DNA of 64,000 bases, from NCBI GenBank assembly GCA_036550515.1, contig JAXKGF010000046.1, positions 19,462 to 83,461 on the forward strand, given 5' to 3'. The notes below the pieces were generated by a model. That model had not been told where the DNA came from, made no database searches, and worked only from the letters and a program-made list of their open reading frames with translations. Of the stretch, positions 27,262-37,091 are shown piece by piece. The position numbers were made by a program, and so were the translations under genes. Each line of letters begins with the position of its first letter. Position 1 is the stretch's first letter. This DNA is from Collinsella sp. GTDB lineage: Bacteria > Actinomycetota > Coriobacteriia > Coriobacteriales > Coriobacteriaceae.

Positions 27262-27994
27262 GACCGTCATTATGGGAACGGGCCGCATGGGCTCGCTCAT
27301 CCGAACCACCGCCGAGGGCGTTGTCGACGCCGCCGGTCAGCCCGTTTTTGATATCGTCGCCCAGATCGGTTTTGACCTGTCCGAGCTCGAGAGCGCACCG
27401 GCAGCCGACGTCATCATCGACTTCTCGAACGTCGTAACCTTCGATGCCGTTGTCGCCTATGTCGAGCGCACGGGCGCCGCACTCGTTTCCGGCACCACGG
27501 GCTATTCGCCTGAGCAGATGGACCGCCTGCGCGAGCTGGGCCAGAATGCCCGTGTCATGCACTCGGGCAACTACTCTATCGGCATCGCAGCCCTGCGTCA
27601 TCTGGTAGCACAGGCCACACGCGAGCTGCCCGGCTTTGACTGCGAGATCGTCGAGACGCACCACAACCAAAAGGTCGACGCCCCCAGCGGCACTGCCAAG
27701 CTACTGCTCGACGCCGTCGTCGAAGCTGAACCCGAGGCAGGCTACCACCCCGTCTATGGCCGCGAGGGCATGTGCGGCGCGCGTGACCCCAAGGAGATCG
27801 GTATGCACTCGCTGCGCGGCGGCACCGTCGCCGGCGTGCACGAGGTGAGTTTCTTTGGCCAGGACGAGGAGGTCACGCTCACCCACCGCGCCACGAGCCG
27901 TCAGATCTTTGTCAACGGCGCCTTGGCAGCCGCGCAGAAGCTCGTCACCCGCGAACCCGGCTTCTATACGTTTGACCAGGTCATGTTTGCCTAA
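27254..27994 (+). CDS. dapB: 4-hydroxy-tetrahydrodipicolinate reductase
   Basis: ETHHNQKVDAPSGTA signature. The TTG start behind a GGGAG RBS overlaps the dapA stop by 8 nt. Confidence 0.92.
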   Translation: MIKTVIMGTGRMGSLIRTTAEGVVDAAGQPVFDIVAQIGFDLSELESAPAADVIIDFSNVVTFDAVVAYVERTGAALVSGTTGYSPEQMDRLRELGQNARVMHSGNYSIGIAALRHLVAQATRELPGFDCEIVETHHNQKVDAPSGTAKLLLDAVVEAEPEAGYHPVYGREGMCGARDPKEIGMHSLRGGTVAGVHEVSFFGQDEEVTLTHRATSRQIFVNGALAAAQKLVTREPGFYTFDQVMFA

Positions 27995-28033
27995 CCTGGT
28001 ATCAACCGAATCCACCCAAAGGAGAGATAGCAA

Positions 28034-28753
28034 ATGAGCAACGCAGCCGAGATGGATGCACAGGAGATTATCAACTACATCGCCACCGCGCCCAAAAAGA
28101 CGCCCGTCAAGCTGTACGTGCGTGAAAAGCCCGGCATGAAGGTCCAGTGGGGCAATGCGCACGTCTACGGCGGTCGTCGTGGCAAGACCGTCTTTGGCGA
28201 CTGGGATGAGCTCAAAGCCATCCTCGATGCCAATGCCGACTCCATCGACTACTACGACGTCGAGAATGACTGCCGCAATTCCGCCGTCCCCATGCTAGAC
28301 CTTAAGGACATCAACGCCCGCATTGAGCCGGGTGCGATCATTCGCAACCGCGTCGAGATCGGCGACCGCGCCGTCATTATGATGGGCGCTATCATCAACA
28401 TCGGCTCCGTTATCGGCGAGGGCTCTATGATTGATATGGGCGCCGTTCTGGGCGGCCGCGCCACCGTGGGCAGGAACTGCCACATCGGCGCCGGCACCGT
28501 GTTGGCAGGCGTCGTTGAGCCCGCGAGTGCCACGCCCGTCATCATCGAGGATGATGTCATGATTGGCGCCAACGCCGTGGTCCTGGAGGGCGTGCGCGTG
28601 GGCAAGGGCGCCGTCGTGGCTGCCGGTGCCGTGTGCGTCGAGGACGTCCCCGCCGGTGCCGTCGTGGCCGGTGTCCCCGCCCGCGTCATCAAGATGCGCG
28701 ATGCCCAGACCGACAGCAAGACCGGCCTCGAAGAGGACCTGCGCCAGCTTTAA
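28034..28753 (+). CDS. dapH: tetrahydrodipicolinate N-acetyltransferase (DapH-type)
   Basis: About 239 aa with a DapH-like N-terminal domain and hexapeptide repeats ([38 protein letters not shown]..). AAAGGAGAG RBS. Confidence 0.85.
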   Translation: MSNAAEMDAQEIINYIATAPKKTPVKLYVREKPGMKVQWGNAHVYGGRRGKTVFGDWDELKAILDANADSIDYYDVENDCRNSAVPMLDLKDINARIEPGAIIRNRVEIGDRAVIMMGAIINIGSVIGEGSMIDMGAVLGGRATVGRNCHIGAGTVLAGVVEPASATPVIIEDDVMIGANAVVLEGVRVGKGAVVAAGAVCVEDVPAGAVVAGVPARVIKMRDAQTDSKTGLEEDLRQL

Positions 28754-28756
28754 TAG

Positions 28757-28782
28757 TTACGGCGTTTTACCAAACGCCGTAA
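28757..28782 (+). terminator. 11-bp perfect hairpin 3 nt after dapH stop
   Basis: TTACGGCGTTT-tacc-AAACGCCGTAA. There is no clear U-tract. Confidence 0.45.
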
Positions 28783-28796
28783 CGACCCGACGCTGC

Positions 28797-28882
28797 AAAC
28801 GCCCCTAGGCGGCAATCTGACGGCATGACCAGAAGGTCAATGCCCTCCTCTTTCGCGTCACCTTGCTCGCCTAGGGGCGTTT
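28797..28882. repeat. 15-bp perfect inverted repeat with 56-nt spacer
   Basis: AAACGCCCCTAGGCG (28797-28811) pairs with CGCCTAGGGGCGTTT (28868-28882). Confidence 0.7.
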
Positions 28883-28933
28883 TCGCTGGCGTATGCTCAA
28901 CCTACGACGCAATGTCGGCAACCAAGCCGAAAA

Positions 28934-28976
28934 CAAAAAAGGCCGAAGTCCCGAAGGGTTTCGGCCTTTTTGTTTT
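28934..28976. terminator. bidirectional intrinsic terminator
   Basis: AAAAAA-GGCCGAA..TTCGGCC-TTTTTGTTTT, between the convergent dapH and the nucleoid-associated-protein gene. Confidence 0.8.
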
Positions 28977-28996
28977 CCGCAGCGTCCAAGCGCAGT

Positions 28997-30001
28997 TTAT
29001 CGGTTCTCGATGCTGCCGATGTTTTTGAGCTCGATGGAGATGAGGCCGTTGGGCTCGTTGACAAACTCGATGTATTCGGAGTTCGAACCCATCTCGGCCG
29101 GGAAGCTGATTTCGATACCCGTGTCGGTACGGATCTTATGATTGCGCACCGCCGCGCGTTCGACCTGATTGCGCTCCACGGGCACACGCTCAGGCACCTT
29201 CTCCTCGGTCAGTGCCGCGCGCACGCTCTCCTTGATAACCGGTTCGTCCTCAAAGACCTCGTCGACGATATCCCAAGGCGGCAGCTCCTCGTCATCCTCA
29301 ACCTTCTCGGCAACGGCAGCCTTAACCTTGGCGAGCGCTACAGCCGTGTTGGCACCGTGCTCCTCGGCGACTTCCTCGACCACACGCGTCACGGTGTCGA
29401 TGACCTCCTTGCCCGATACTCCCGTGTCGCACTGCAGCAAGCCATCGGGGATAAGCATACGGTCCTCGCCGGCAATCTTGCGCTTCTTGTCCACGTAGCC
29501 GATCTCCATGGTACTCGCGCGCACGATGGCATAGCTCGGCACCTTTTGCGAGGGGTTCGGCAAGATGGCGTAGTGGCGCGCGATGTCGTTGCGCACCTCC
29601 CCCTCCTCGCGGCCCACTTCGTGCATAAAAGCCTGCTTGGAGCCCAGCAGCATCACGGCAAACCAGCGGGCATCCTCATCGTCGTCAAAATCGGCCACGA
29701 GCACGTCGGTGGACTCGGCTTTCTCGGCTTTGGTGAGCTCGGAGGAGATAAACTCCGCAATCTGCTGCGACAGGTCCACGAACTCGCGCTCGCCAAAGAA
29801 ATAGCCCTTGAGCTCGCCACCAAACGCAGAGCTCTCGGCAAACGTGGCGCGTTTATTGTCGGCCGAGGTGCGTGCGCGGCGCAGATGCGTGGTCACGAAG
29901 TTGCGCACGGTACGACTCTCGATATCGAGCTCGCGCTGGCTCATGACGTTGACGGCAGAGTCAAAGTCCAGGATATGCAGAATCGCGTGATTGATTTTCA
30001 T
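28997..30001 (-). CDS. NdpA/YejK-like nucleoid-associated protein
   Basis: N-terminus MKINHAILHILDFDS and overall size and charge fit the 37-kDa nucleoid-associated protein family. This rests on recollection of the family, not a search. Confidence 0.6.
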   Translation of the reverse strand: MKINHAILHILDFDSAVNVMSQRELDIESRTVRNFVTTHLRRARTSADNKRATFAESSAFGGELKGYFFGEREFVDLSQQIAEFISSELTKAEKAESTDVLVADFDDDEDARWFAVMLLGSKQAFMHEVGREEGEVRNDIARHYAILPNPSQKVPSYAIVRASTMEIGYVDKKRKIAGEDRMLIPDGLLQCDTGVSGKEVIDTVTRVVEEVAEEHGANTAVALAKVKAAVAEKVEDDEELPPWDIVDEVFEDEPVIKESVRAALTEEKVPERVPVERNQVERAAVRNHKIRTDTGIEISFPAEMGSNSEYIEFVNEPNGLISIELKNIGSIENR

Positions 30002-30076
30002 ATACGGCATTCCGTTCTAGATCGATTTCGGCACGAACCAGTATAGCGGTCGAGCCCGCCCCAGGCGCATCGAAGA

Positions 30077-30109
30077 TTGGTGCATCGGGGACAGGTTGCT
30101 TTGCACCAA
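30077..30109. repeat. 33-nt hairpin motif copy 1 (TTGGTGCA-N17-TGCACCAA)
   Basis: About 90% identical to 31290-31322. On the minus strand it lies 3 nt downstream of the DUF2974-like gene stop and about 75 nt upstream of the NdpA-like start. Confidence 0.8.
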
Positions 30110-30112
30110 TGG

Positions 30113-31273
30113 CTAGCGCAGGAGCTCGGACTGCCAAGCCTCGAGCTGTTCTGCCAAACTCTTGCCGGCAGCGGGCATGTCGATCTGGGGTCGTTTGGGC
30201 AGCAGTGCGCATTTAAGGATTGCCGCGATGGTCTGCGAGACAAAGCGTCGCGTATCCTTGTCAAAGCCTTGCGCAGCCTGGAGCATCACGGGCAGGCTCT
30301 CGCGCAGATTCCCAGCGATATCCGCAAACCGCTCAGCACCCGTAGCCTCAAACACGGAGAACAACGCATCTACAAAACGCTCGCGCTCGCTAGGCGACAC
30401 TGCAAGCAGCATCTCGCGAATAGAGCCATCAACGTATCGAGCACCGGCGGACAGGCGCTCGCAGTACACGAAGTCGCGACCATCAACCACCCAGCTAAAG
30501 GGATTGTGTTGCAGCAGGCTGAACTCGGTGCTCTCAACGATGGCATAGTCCTCCTGTGTCTCGAACATCATGCCAAAGATCGACGACCGAGGTAGCGTCT
30601 TGTCGATTCGACCGGAAAGATCGGCAAAGGCGTCGCCGTTCAGGAACTCCTCGACGAAACCCGGACCATCATGGGAATATGCCCGTTCGATTCGCTCACG
30701 GGCGACATCGGAGCACATTGCCGCACCGTACACCGCAAGGTTTCCACCCTTGGAATGACCTCCGCACAAAAGCGGCCCGTCAATCGCATCCGCCGCCTCG
30801 TCCACATAACGTGCCGCGGATTCCTGAGCCGGCACAGGACACCGGAACGCCATGTTAAAGTCCTCTTTCCAGCCCACAATCGTGCTGTCGGTCCCCCGGA
30901 AGGAAAGATAGCTAAACCCTGCCGGAAACCGAAACGCCATGGCTGCAAACTGCTCCGTCGCCACCACATCGCTCACGGCACGATAGCCGCAAACGTGCAC
31001 GCCACGGTAGCGAGGACTTGCTGCCACGGCCTCCAACAAGGCCCTGCTCCCCTCCGGGTCCCACAAGTCGTCAATCATGTCCCGGTAGCACTCGGCACGC
31101 AGCAGCTCGCGTACGTCTAGGCCCTGCCAGTTCGTCAGCTCCGCCATATCACCTGGCAAACGCAAATAGGACAACCACGCAAAGACCAGGCTATCCACCG
31201 CGCAGAACGGCCGCTCCTCAAACGGATCAAACGCCGTCTGGGCATAGGTCAAAAAATTAGGCGAATCCGACAT
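30113..31273 (-). CDS. alpha/beta-hydrolase-like protein (DUF2974/Mbeg1-like)
   Basis: GGHSKGGNLAVYGA nucleophile elbow. GGGAGGG RBS. Confidence 0.65.
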   Translation of the reverse strand: MSDSPNFLTYAQTAFDPFEERPFCAVDSLVFAWLSYLRLPGDMAELTNWQGLDVRELLRAECYRDMIDDLWDPEGSRALLEAVAASPRYRGVHVCGYRAVSDVVATEQFAAMAFRFPAGFSYLSFRGTDSTIVGWKEDFNMAFRCPVPAQESAARYVDEAADAIDGPLLCGGHSKGGNLAVYGAAMCSDVARERIERAYSHDGPGFVEEFLNGDAFADLSGRIDKTLPRSSIFGMMFETQEDYAIVESTEFSLLQHNPFSWVVDGRDFVYCERLSAGARYVDGSIREMLLAVSPSERERFVDALFSVFEATGAERFADIAGNLRESLPVMLQAAQGFDKDTRRFVSQTIAAILKCALLPKRPQIDMPAAGKSLAEQLEAWQSELLR

Positions 31274-31289
31274 GGCCCTCCCATCAACT

Positions 31290-31322
31290 ATGGTGCATTG
31301 GGGTCAGGTTACTTTGCACCAA
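31290..31322. repeat. 33-nt hairpin motif copy 2
   Basis: aTGGTGCATTGGGGTCAGGTTACTTTGCACCAA. It lies 17 nt upstream of the DUF2974-like ATG (minus strand), just after the ldh terminator. Confidence 0.8.
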
Positions 31323-31356
31323 AAAGGCGCCCGGGCCGTGTGGACCCGGACGCCTT
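31321..31356 (-). terminator. intrinsic terminator of ldh
   Basis: Minus strand reads AAGGCGTCCGGG..CCCGGGCGCCTT followed by TTTTT. Confidence 0.75.
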
Positions 31357-31387
31357 CATTGTAGCTTTTCGCTCTAGCGAGCTTGAT

Positions 31388-32338
31388 TTAGCAGGAGAAA
31401 TCAACGCTGTCGATGATGTCCTTGAGGGCCTTGGCGGAGACGGTGAGCTCATGCTGCTCGTCATCGTTCAGCGGCACGGGGACGCGGCAGACAACGCCGT
31501 CGCGGCCAACGACGGTCGGCATGGAGATGGCAAGATCGGACAGGCCATACTCGCCCACCATGAGCGAGGAGACAGGCAGAACGGTCTGCTCATCGCGCAT
31601 GACGGCGGTGCAGATGCGCTTGACGGCCATGGCGACGCCATAGTAGGTGGCGTGCTTTTTCTCGATGATGGTGTAGGCGGAGTTCTTGACGTCCTCGGCA
31701 ATGCGCTTCTCGGCAGCCTCATGCTCCAGGTGGCCGTGAAGCTCACAGAAGGTGTTCAGCGGAACGCCGGCAACCTGAGCGCTGGACCAAGCGACAAACT
31801 CGGAGTCGCCGTGCTCGCCCATGACATAGGCCTGGACATCGCGCGGGTCAACCTCGACGTGGGCACCAAGCATCTGCTGCAGGCGGCCGGTGTCGAGCAC
31901 AGTGCCGGAACCGATGACGTGGCCCTCGGGCAGGCCGGACATCTTGATGGCGGCGTAGGTCAGAACATCGACCGGGTTGGAGACGATGAGCAGAATGCCG
32001 TCGAAGCCGGACTTCTTAATCTCGGGAATAATGGACTTAAAGATGCTGACGTTCTTGTTGACCAGGTCCAGGCGGGTCTCACCGGGCTTCTGGGCAGCGC
32101 CAGCGGTGACGACGATCATGGCGGCGTCGGCGACATCGGAATAATCGCCGGCGTAGATCTTCATCGGCTCGGCAAACGTCATGCCGTGCGCGATATCCAG
32201 GGCCTCACCCTCGGCGCGGTTCTTGTCCACGTCGATGAGGACCATCTCGGAGAACAGACCGCTCTGCATCAGCGCGAACGCCGAAGACGAACCGACGAAA
32301 CCGCAGCCGACAATAGCGACCTTCTTCTCGTTAACCAT
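31388..32338 (-). CDS. ldh: L-lactate dehydrogenase
   Basis: KVAIVGCGFVGSS NAD loop, GEHGDSE, DVLTY. ATG 32338 is chosen; the track ORF extends to 32416. Confidence 0.92.
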   Translation of the reverse strand: MVNEKKVAIVGCGFVGSSSAFALMQSGLFSEMVLIDVDKNRAEGEALDIAHGMTFAEPMKIYAGDYSDVADAAMIVVTAGAAQKPGETRLDLVNKNVSIFKSIIPEIKKSGFDGILLIVSNPVDVLTYAAIKMSGLPEGHVIGSGTVLDTGRLQQMLGAHVEVDPRDVQAYVMGEHGDSEFVAWSSAQVAGVPLNTFCELHGHLEHEAAEKRIAEDVKNSAYTIIEKKHATYYGVAMAVKRICTAVMRDEQTVLPVSSLMVGEYGLSDLAISMPTVVGRDGVVCRVPVPLNDDEQHELTVSAKALKDIIDSVDFSC

Positions 32339-32539
32339 TAGAAACTCCCATCTCTCTCCACAAACAAGCCGCCCGGGAACGACCCGAGCGGCTTGTCGTA
32401 ATCCCAATACATCCAATCGGGACTTTGATTATGCTCCTATTCGCAGCCAAAAATCGACCGTTTGCCGAAATTGTTTGCAGGATTCGTAAAATAACTGCAC
32501 GAAATCGGTTTCGATATATTGACGAGCCAAAATAGCTTT

Positions 32540-33703
32540 CTAATACAGGCCCGCCTCGCGAATGGCCTCGACAGCCAAAGCGATCTGGTCGGGCGGCAGG
32601 ACCAACGCCATGCGCACGTGTCCCTCGCCCGAGGGACCAAAACTCGCACCCGGCGTCACCACAACGCCGGCCTTCTCCATAAGCTCCTCGCAAAACGCCA
32701 TGGAATCGGTGCGACCACCGGGAAGCTTGGCCCACACAAACATGGAGCCATGCGCGTTGGGACGCTCCCAGCCCAGGTCCTCAAGACCGTCGCACAGGGC
32801 ATCGCGGCGCTCCTGGTACTTCAGACGTTGCGCCTCGACCTCATCGCGCGGGCCATTAAGGCACGCGATGGCGGCCTTCTGGATCGGGAAGAACATGCCA
32901 AAGTCGATCTGGCTGCGCAGCTTGGCAAAGGCAGAGACCACATCCTCTCGGCCGACCAAAAAGCCGATACGCGCACCGGTGACGTTAAACGACTTGGAGA
33001 GCGAGAAGAACTCAACGCCTACCTCGAGCGCGCCGGGATACTGCAAGAAGCTGCCGCCCGGCTCGCCGTCGAACACGATGTCCGAGTATGCGTTGTCGTG
33101 AACGATCAGCAGGTCGTGCTCGCGGGCAAAAGCGATGATCTCCTCGTAGACCTCGGGCGTGCCCACCGAGCCCACCGGGTTGGCGGGCAGCGACACGATC
33201 ATGTACTTGGCACGGTCGGCCACCTCGGGATCGATGCCCGCCACATAGGGCAGGTAATTGTGCTCGGCAACCAGCGGATAGTACTCGAGCTTGGCATCGG
33301 CGATCTTGGCACCCGCCTCAAAGACCGGGTAGCACGGATCGGGAACCAAAATGGTGTCACCCGAATCGAGCAGGGCCAGGCCCAAATGGCCCACGCCCTC
33401 CTGCGTGCCGTTGCACGACTGCACCATGGACGGCGTAATGCCCGAAACGCCAAAGCGACGCTCATAGTAATCGCACACGGCTTGCTTGAGCTCGGGCAGG
33501 TCGCGCAGGGCATACTTCCACATCTCGGGATCTTGGGCTGCTTGCGTGAGCGCCTCGACCACATGGTCGTACGGCTTAAAGTCGGGCGTGCCCACGCTCA
33601 TGTTGTAAATGGTCTTGCCCTGAGCCTTCAGCGCGAGAAGCTTGTTGTTGAGCGAGGCGAAGACCTCCGCGCCAAAGCGGTCGAGACGCTGCGATGCCTG
33701 CAT
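32540..33703 (-). CDS. class I/II PLP-dependent aminotransferase (possibly the DAP-pathway aminotransferase)
   Basis: SLSKSFNVTGARIG PLP-lysine motif. AAAGGTGG RBS before ATG 33703. Confidence 0.85.
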   Translation of the reverse strand: MQASQRLDRFGAEVFASLNNKLLALKAQGKTIYNMSVGTPDFKPYDHVVEALTQAAQDPEMWKYALRDLPELKQAVCDYYERRFGVSGITPSMVQSCNGTQEGVGHLGLALLDSGDTILVPDPCYPVFEAGAKIADAKLEYYPLVAEHNYLPYVAGIDPEVADRAKYMIVSLPANPVGSVGTPEVYEEIIAFAREHDLLIVHDNAYSDIVFDGEPGGSFLQYPGALEVGVEFFSLSKSFNVTGARIGFLVGREDVVSAFAKLRSQIDFGMFFPIQKAAIACLNGPRDEVEAQRLKYQERRDALCDGLEDLGWERPNAHGSMFVWAKLPGGRTDSMAFCEELMEKAGVVVTPGASFGPSGEGHVRMALVLPPDQIALAVEAIREAGLY

Positions 33704-33821
33704 GGTGCCACCTTTCGATATAAAAAACGCGGCGCTCCGACAAGAGCGCCGCGCGATACGGGCCATCAGATTGCAAAAGTGTAACGCTTGCAACCCCCGT
33801 ATTGGTTCAATTTAGCCAACC

Positions 33822-35801
33822 TTAGTCAACTGGATTGAGCGCGTCGATCTGCGCAAGCCACAGACGCGAGCTGGCGTCACTCGGCATACGCCAATCGCCG
33901 CGCGGACTGAGCGTCACCGAGCCCACCTTGGGACCATCGGGCAGGCAGCTGCGCTTAAACTGCTGGGCAAAGAAGCGACGGTAGAACGTACGTAGCCACG
34001 TGTGGACGGTCTTGGCGTCGTAGACGCCCTCGAAGCTCTTGAGCGCCATGCGGTAGATCTTGCCCGGCTCAAAGCCAAAACGCAGCAGGTAGTAGAGGAA
34101 GTAGTCGTGCAGCTCGTACGGGCCCACCAAATCCTCGGTCTTCTGCGCAATCTCGCCGTCGCCCGTGGGCGGCAGAAGCTCGGGAGATACCGGCGTATCG
34201 AGGATGTCGAGCAAGACCTCGGCAATACGCCCGCCAAAGACATCGGCGGCATAGCGCACCAGATGACGCACGAGCGTCTTGGGCACGCTCGCGTTGACGG
34301 CGTACATGCTCATGTGGTCGCCGTTATAGGTAGCCCAGCCGAGCGCCAGCTCCGACAGGTCGCCCGTGCCGATGACAAAACCGCCAGCCTGGTTGGCCAA
34401 GTCCATCAAAATCTGCGTGCGCTCGCGGGCTTGGCTGTTCTCGTAGGTCACGTCCTGAACTGCCGGGTCGTGCTCAATGTCCTTGAAGTGCTGCTCCACA
34501 GCCGCGTGGATCGAAACCTCGCGGAAGCTCACACCCAGGTCGCGGGCAAGCGACTCGGCATTGGACTTGGTGCGATGCGTCGTACCAAAGCCAGGCATGG
34601 ACACGGCTGTGATACCGGTGCGCGGCAGCCCCAGCGCATCGAAGGCACGCACGGTCACAAGCAGTGCCAGCGTGGAGTCCAAGCCACCCGAAAGGCCGAT
34701 GACCGCAGCCTTGGTACCTGTGTGGGCAAGGCGGGTCTTGAGGCCCGCAGTCTGCAGATTGAGGATGGTCTCGCAACGCTCGGCCAGGTCGCCATGGTCG
34801 GCCGGCACAAAGGGCGCGCGGGGGAAGACGCGGTCGATGTCGAACGCATCGCGCAGGACAGGCTCTTCGGCCAGCACGCCCTCAAACGAAAATTCAACGG
34901 TCGTGGCCTCCGGCGCATCGTCGGTACGCGTCCACGTCGTCGAGCGACGGCGCTCGGCAACCAGACGGTCGAGGTCAACATCGGCGATGGCCATATCGCA
35001 GGTAAGCAGTTTGGTCGCGGCAAGCTTGGAGCCGTTTTCGTAGACGAGGTTCTCCCCCGCAAAGACCATGTCGGTCGTGGACTCGCCCTCGCTCGCATCT
35101 GCATAGGCATAGGCGCAGTACAGGCGCGCACTCTGATTGGAGATGAGGCTGCGGCGATAGTCTGCCTTGCCGATAATCTCGTCCGAGGCCGACGGGTTGA
35201 GAATCACCGTCGCACCGGCAAGCGCCATCTCGGTCGAAGGGGGCGCCGGCACCCACAGATCCTCGCAGACCTCAACGCCCAGCACCAGGTCTTCAGCACC
35301 CTCATCACAGCAACGGTAGACAAGCCCCGAACCCAGCGGAACCGGACCCCGACCGGCAAACTCGACCCACACAGGATCTGCGGGCGCCGGAGCAAACCAG
35401 CGGCGCTCGTAGAACTCGCCATAGTTGGGCAGATACTTCTTGGCCGTAAGACCCAAAAGTTCGCCCGCGCAGCACACGGCGGCGCAGTTGTAGATATTCT
35501 CGGCAACTGCAACGGGAAGACCGATGGTAAAGACAATCGGCAGCTCACGAGTCTCATCGAGGATATGCACCAAAGCAGCCTCGCAGGCATGCAGTAATGT
35601 GCGGTTATGGAACAGATCGGCCGCGGTATAGCCGCACAAGTTGAGCTCGGGCAGCACCAGAGCACGAACGCCGCGCTCGACAGCCGCGCGAACAGCCGCT
35701 AACGCAACCTCGGCATTGCCCTCGACATCGGCCACACGAATCTGCGGCGACGCCGCCGCCACACGCAAAAAGCCATCAGACTGAGAAAGGTGAAGATTCA
35801 T
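33822..35801 (-). CDS. nadE: glutamine-dependent NAD+ synthetase
   Basis: N-terminal CN-hydrolase domain plus a C-terminal ATP-PPase (VIGLSGGLDSTLAL). The start is ATG 35801 or 35828. Confidence 0.9.
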   Translation of the reverse strand: MNLHLSQSDGFLRVAAASPQIRVADVEGNAEVALAAVRAAVERGVRALVLPELNLCGYTAADLFHNRTLLHACEAALVHILDETRELPIVFTIGLPVAVAENIYNCAAVCCAGELLGLTAKKYLPNYGEFYERRWFAPAPADPVWVEFAGRGPVPLGSGLVYRCCDEGAEDLVLGVEVCEDLWVPAPPSTEMALAGATVILNPSASDEIIGKADYRRSLISNQSARLYCAYAYADASEGESTTDMVFAGENLVYENGSKLAATKLLTCDMAIADVDLDRLVAERRRSTTWTRTDDAPEATTVEFSFEGVLAEEPVLRDAFDIDRVFPRAPFVPADHGDLAERCETILNLQTAGLKTRLAHTGTKAAVIGLSGGLDSTLALLVTVRAFDALGLPRTGITAVSMPGFGTTHRTKSNAESLARDLGVSFREVSIHAAVEQHFKDIEHDPAVQDVTYENSQARERTQILMDLANQAGGFVIGTGDLSELALGWATYNGDHMSMYAVNASVPKTLVRHLVRYAADVFGGRIAEVLLDILDTPVSPELLPPTGDGEIAQKTEDLVGPYELHDYFLYYLLRFGFEPGKIYRMALKSFEGVYDAKTVHTWLRTFYRRFFAQQFKRSCLPDGPKVGSVTLSPRGDWRMPSDASSRLWLAQIDALNPVD

Positions 35802-36004
35802 AAGAATGCTCCCGTGCGTAGACGCCATTCACAACAATTAGCAAGCCCTATTGTAGTTCAACCGCCGGGTGTAACCGCATCCCACCAACTTGGTGAGCTA
35901 TTGATGAGTTGATGGTATCTGTTAAATGTCACGTACGATTCACATCTGGTGGGTACCCTGATGGCTACACGAAACGAAGCAGATTTACACCGGGAGGACC
36001 CCGT

Positions 36005-36955
36005 ATGACAACCAAGTACACCGACGCGCCGCGCACGCGCGTCATGACGCCGGCATCGCTCAACAACGGCGTGCACGAGAACCATTCCATCGGACAGACC
36101 ATGGCCATCGCGCCCAAAAAGGGCCTGTTTGACGACATTTCCATTCCCCAGATCATCGCCGGCGCCGCAGCTGCCGCCACGAGCGTCGCGCTTGCCTCCA
36201 AGATTGGTATCGCTGGTTCAGTAATTGGTGCCGCTGTGAGCTCGGTCATCACCGTTGTGTCCTCGCAGGTCTACCGCCACTTTATCTCTGCCAGCGCCGA
36301 AGCCCTCAAAGGTACGCACGCCACCGTCGACTACCCCGCCGGCGCCTATGAACCCGTTGAATTAAATGCCGAGGAGCACTTAGGCGGCGCCGCGACTACC
36401 CAGGAGATGCGCCAGATTGCAGGGCGCGCGACCACGGCGCGCGTCGCCCCCGACAGCCTGCGCGCCAAGGCGGCGGCAGAGCGCAGCCAGACGCAAAAGA
36501 AGGTCATCATCTTCTCGATCGCCATCGCCATCGTCGCGGTTATCGCCTGCACCGCTGCCATCCTTATCACCACCGCCGGTGAGGGTCTGGGCGAGCGTCC
36601 CGAGCCGATTCTGTCGTCGCGCACGACAGAAAGTGATGCAAATGGCAACACCCATTCGCAAGACCAGCAGGCACAGACGGACGGCACGCAAGACAGTTCC
36701 ACCCCTGCCGATTCGTCCTCGAACACCCAAAACCAATCGCAGGGCACCGATTCCTCTACGTCCAACAGCGGCACGCCGTCCGGCACGACCGACTCAAGCC
36801 AAACGACTGACGGTTCGCAGCCGAACACGGGCGGCCAGACAAGCGACACCACGTCGGGAACGGGCACAGCAGACAGCAACAACAGCAATTCGAGTGGCAC
36901 CACATCGGGCACGGCATCTGACAGCTCGAGCCAAGGCACGGCATCGGGCAACTAG
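36005..36955 (+). CDS. membrane protein with Ser/Thr/Gln/Gly-rich C-terminal region
   Basis: Two hydrophobic segments (AGAAAAATSVALASKIGIAGSVIGAAVSSVITVV; VIIFSIAIAIVAVIACTAAILITTA), then a low-complexity STQG tail. GGGAGGAC RBS. Confidence 0.6.
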   Translation: MTTKYTDAPRTRVMTPASLNNGVHENHSIGQTMAIAPKKGLFDDISIPQIIAGAAAAATSVALASKIGIAGSVIGAAVSSVITVVSSQVYRHFISASAEALKGTHATVDYPAGAYEPVELNAEEHLGGAATTQEMRQIAGRATTARVAPDSLRAKAAAERSQTQKKVIIFSIAIAIVAVIACTAAILITTAGEGLGERPEPILSSRTTESDANGNTHSQDQQAQTDGTQDSSTPADSSSNTQNQSQGTDSSTSNSGTPSGTTDSSQTTDGSQPNTGGQTSDTTSGTGTADSNNSNSSGTTSGTASDSSSQGTASGN

Positions 36956-36985
36956 GCGCTGCATCCCCAGATAGGCAACCTGTAC

Positions 36986-37020
36986 AACGGGCGCGAATCG
37001 ATATCGGTTCGCGCCCGTTT
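36986..37020 (+). terminator. hairpin terminator
   Basis: AACGGGCGCGAA-tcgatatcgg-TTCGCGCCCGTT followed by T. Confidence 0.55.
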
Positions 37021-37091
37021 GACTTGGGTGCCGCCATGGCAAACGCTATGCGATGGTAAGATGCTTTACGTGTGTAAAGAGGAGATTTGCC

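Noticed and set aside
30077-31322. Direct repeats considered as a mini CRISPR array
   Set aside because: There are only two copies, 1.2 kb apart, with a full gene between them, and no cas genes. No regularly spaced repeat array was seen anywhere in the window.
35909-36004. N-terminal extension of the membrane-protein ORF from GTG/ATG 35909
   Set aside because: The extension is basic and irregular. A GGGAGGAC RBS sits directly before ATG 36005.
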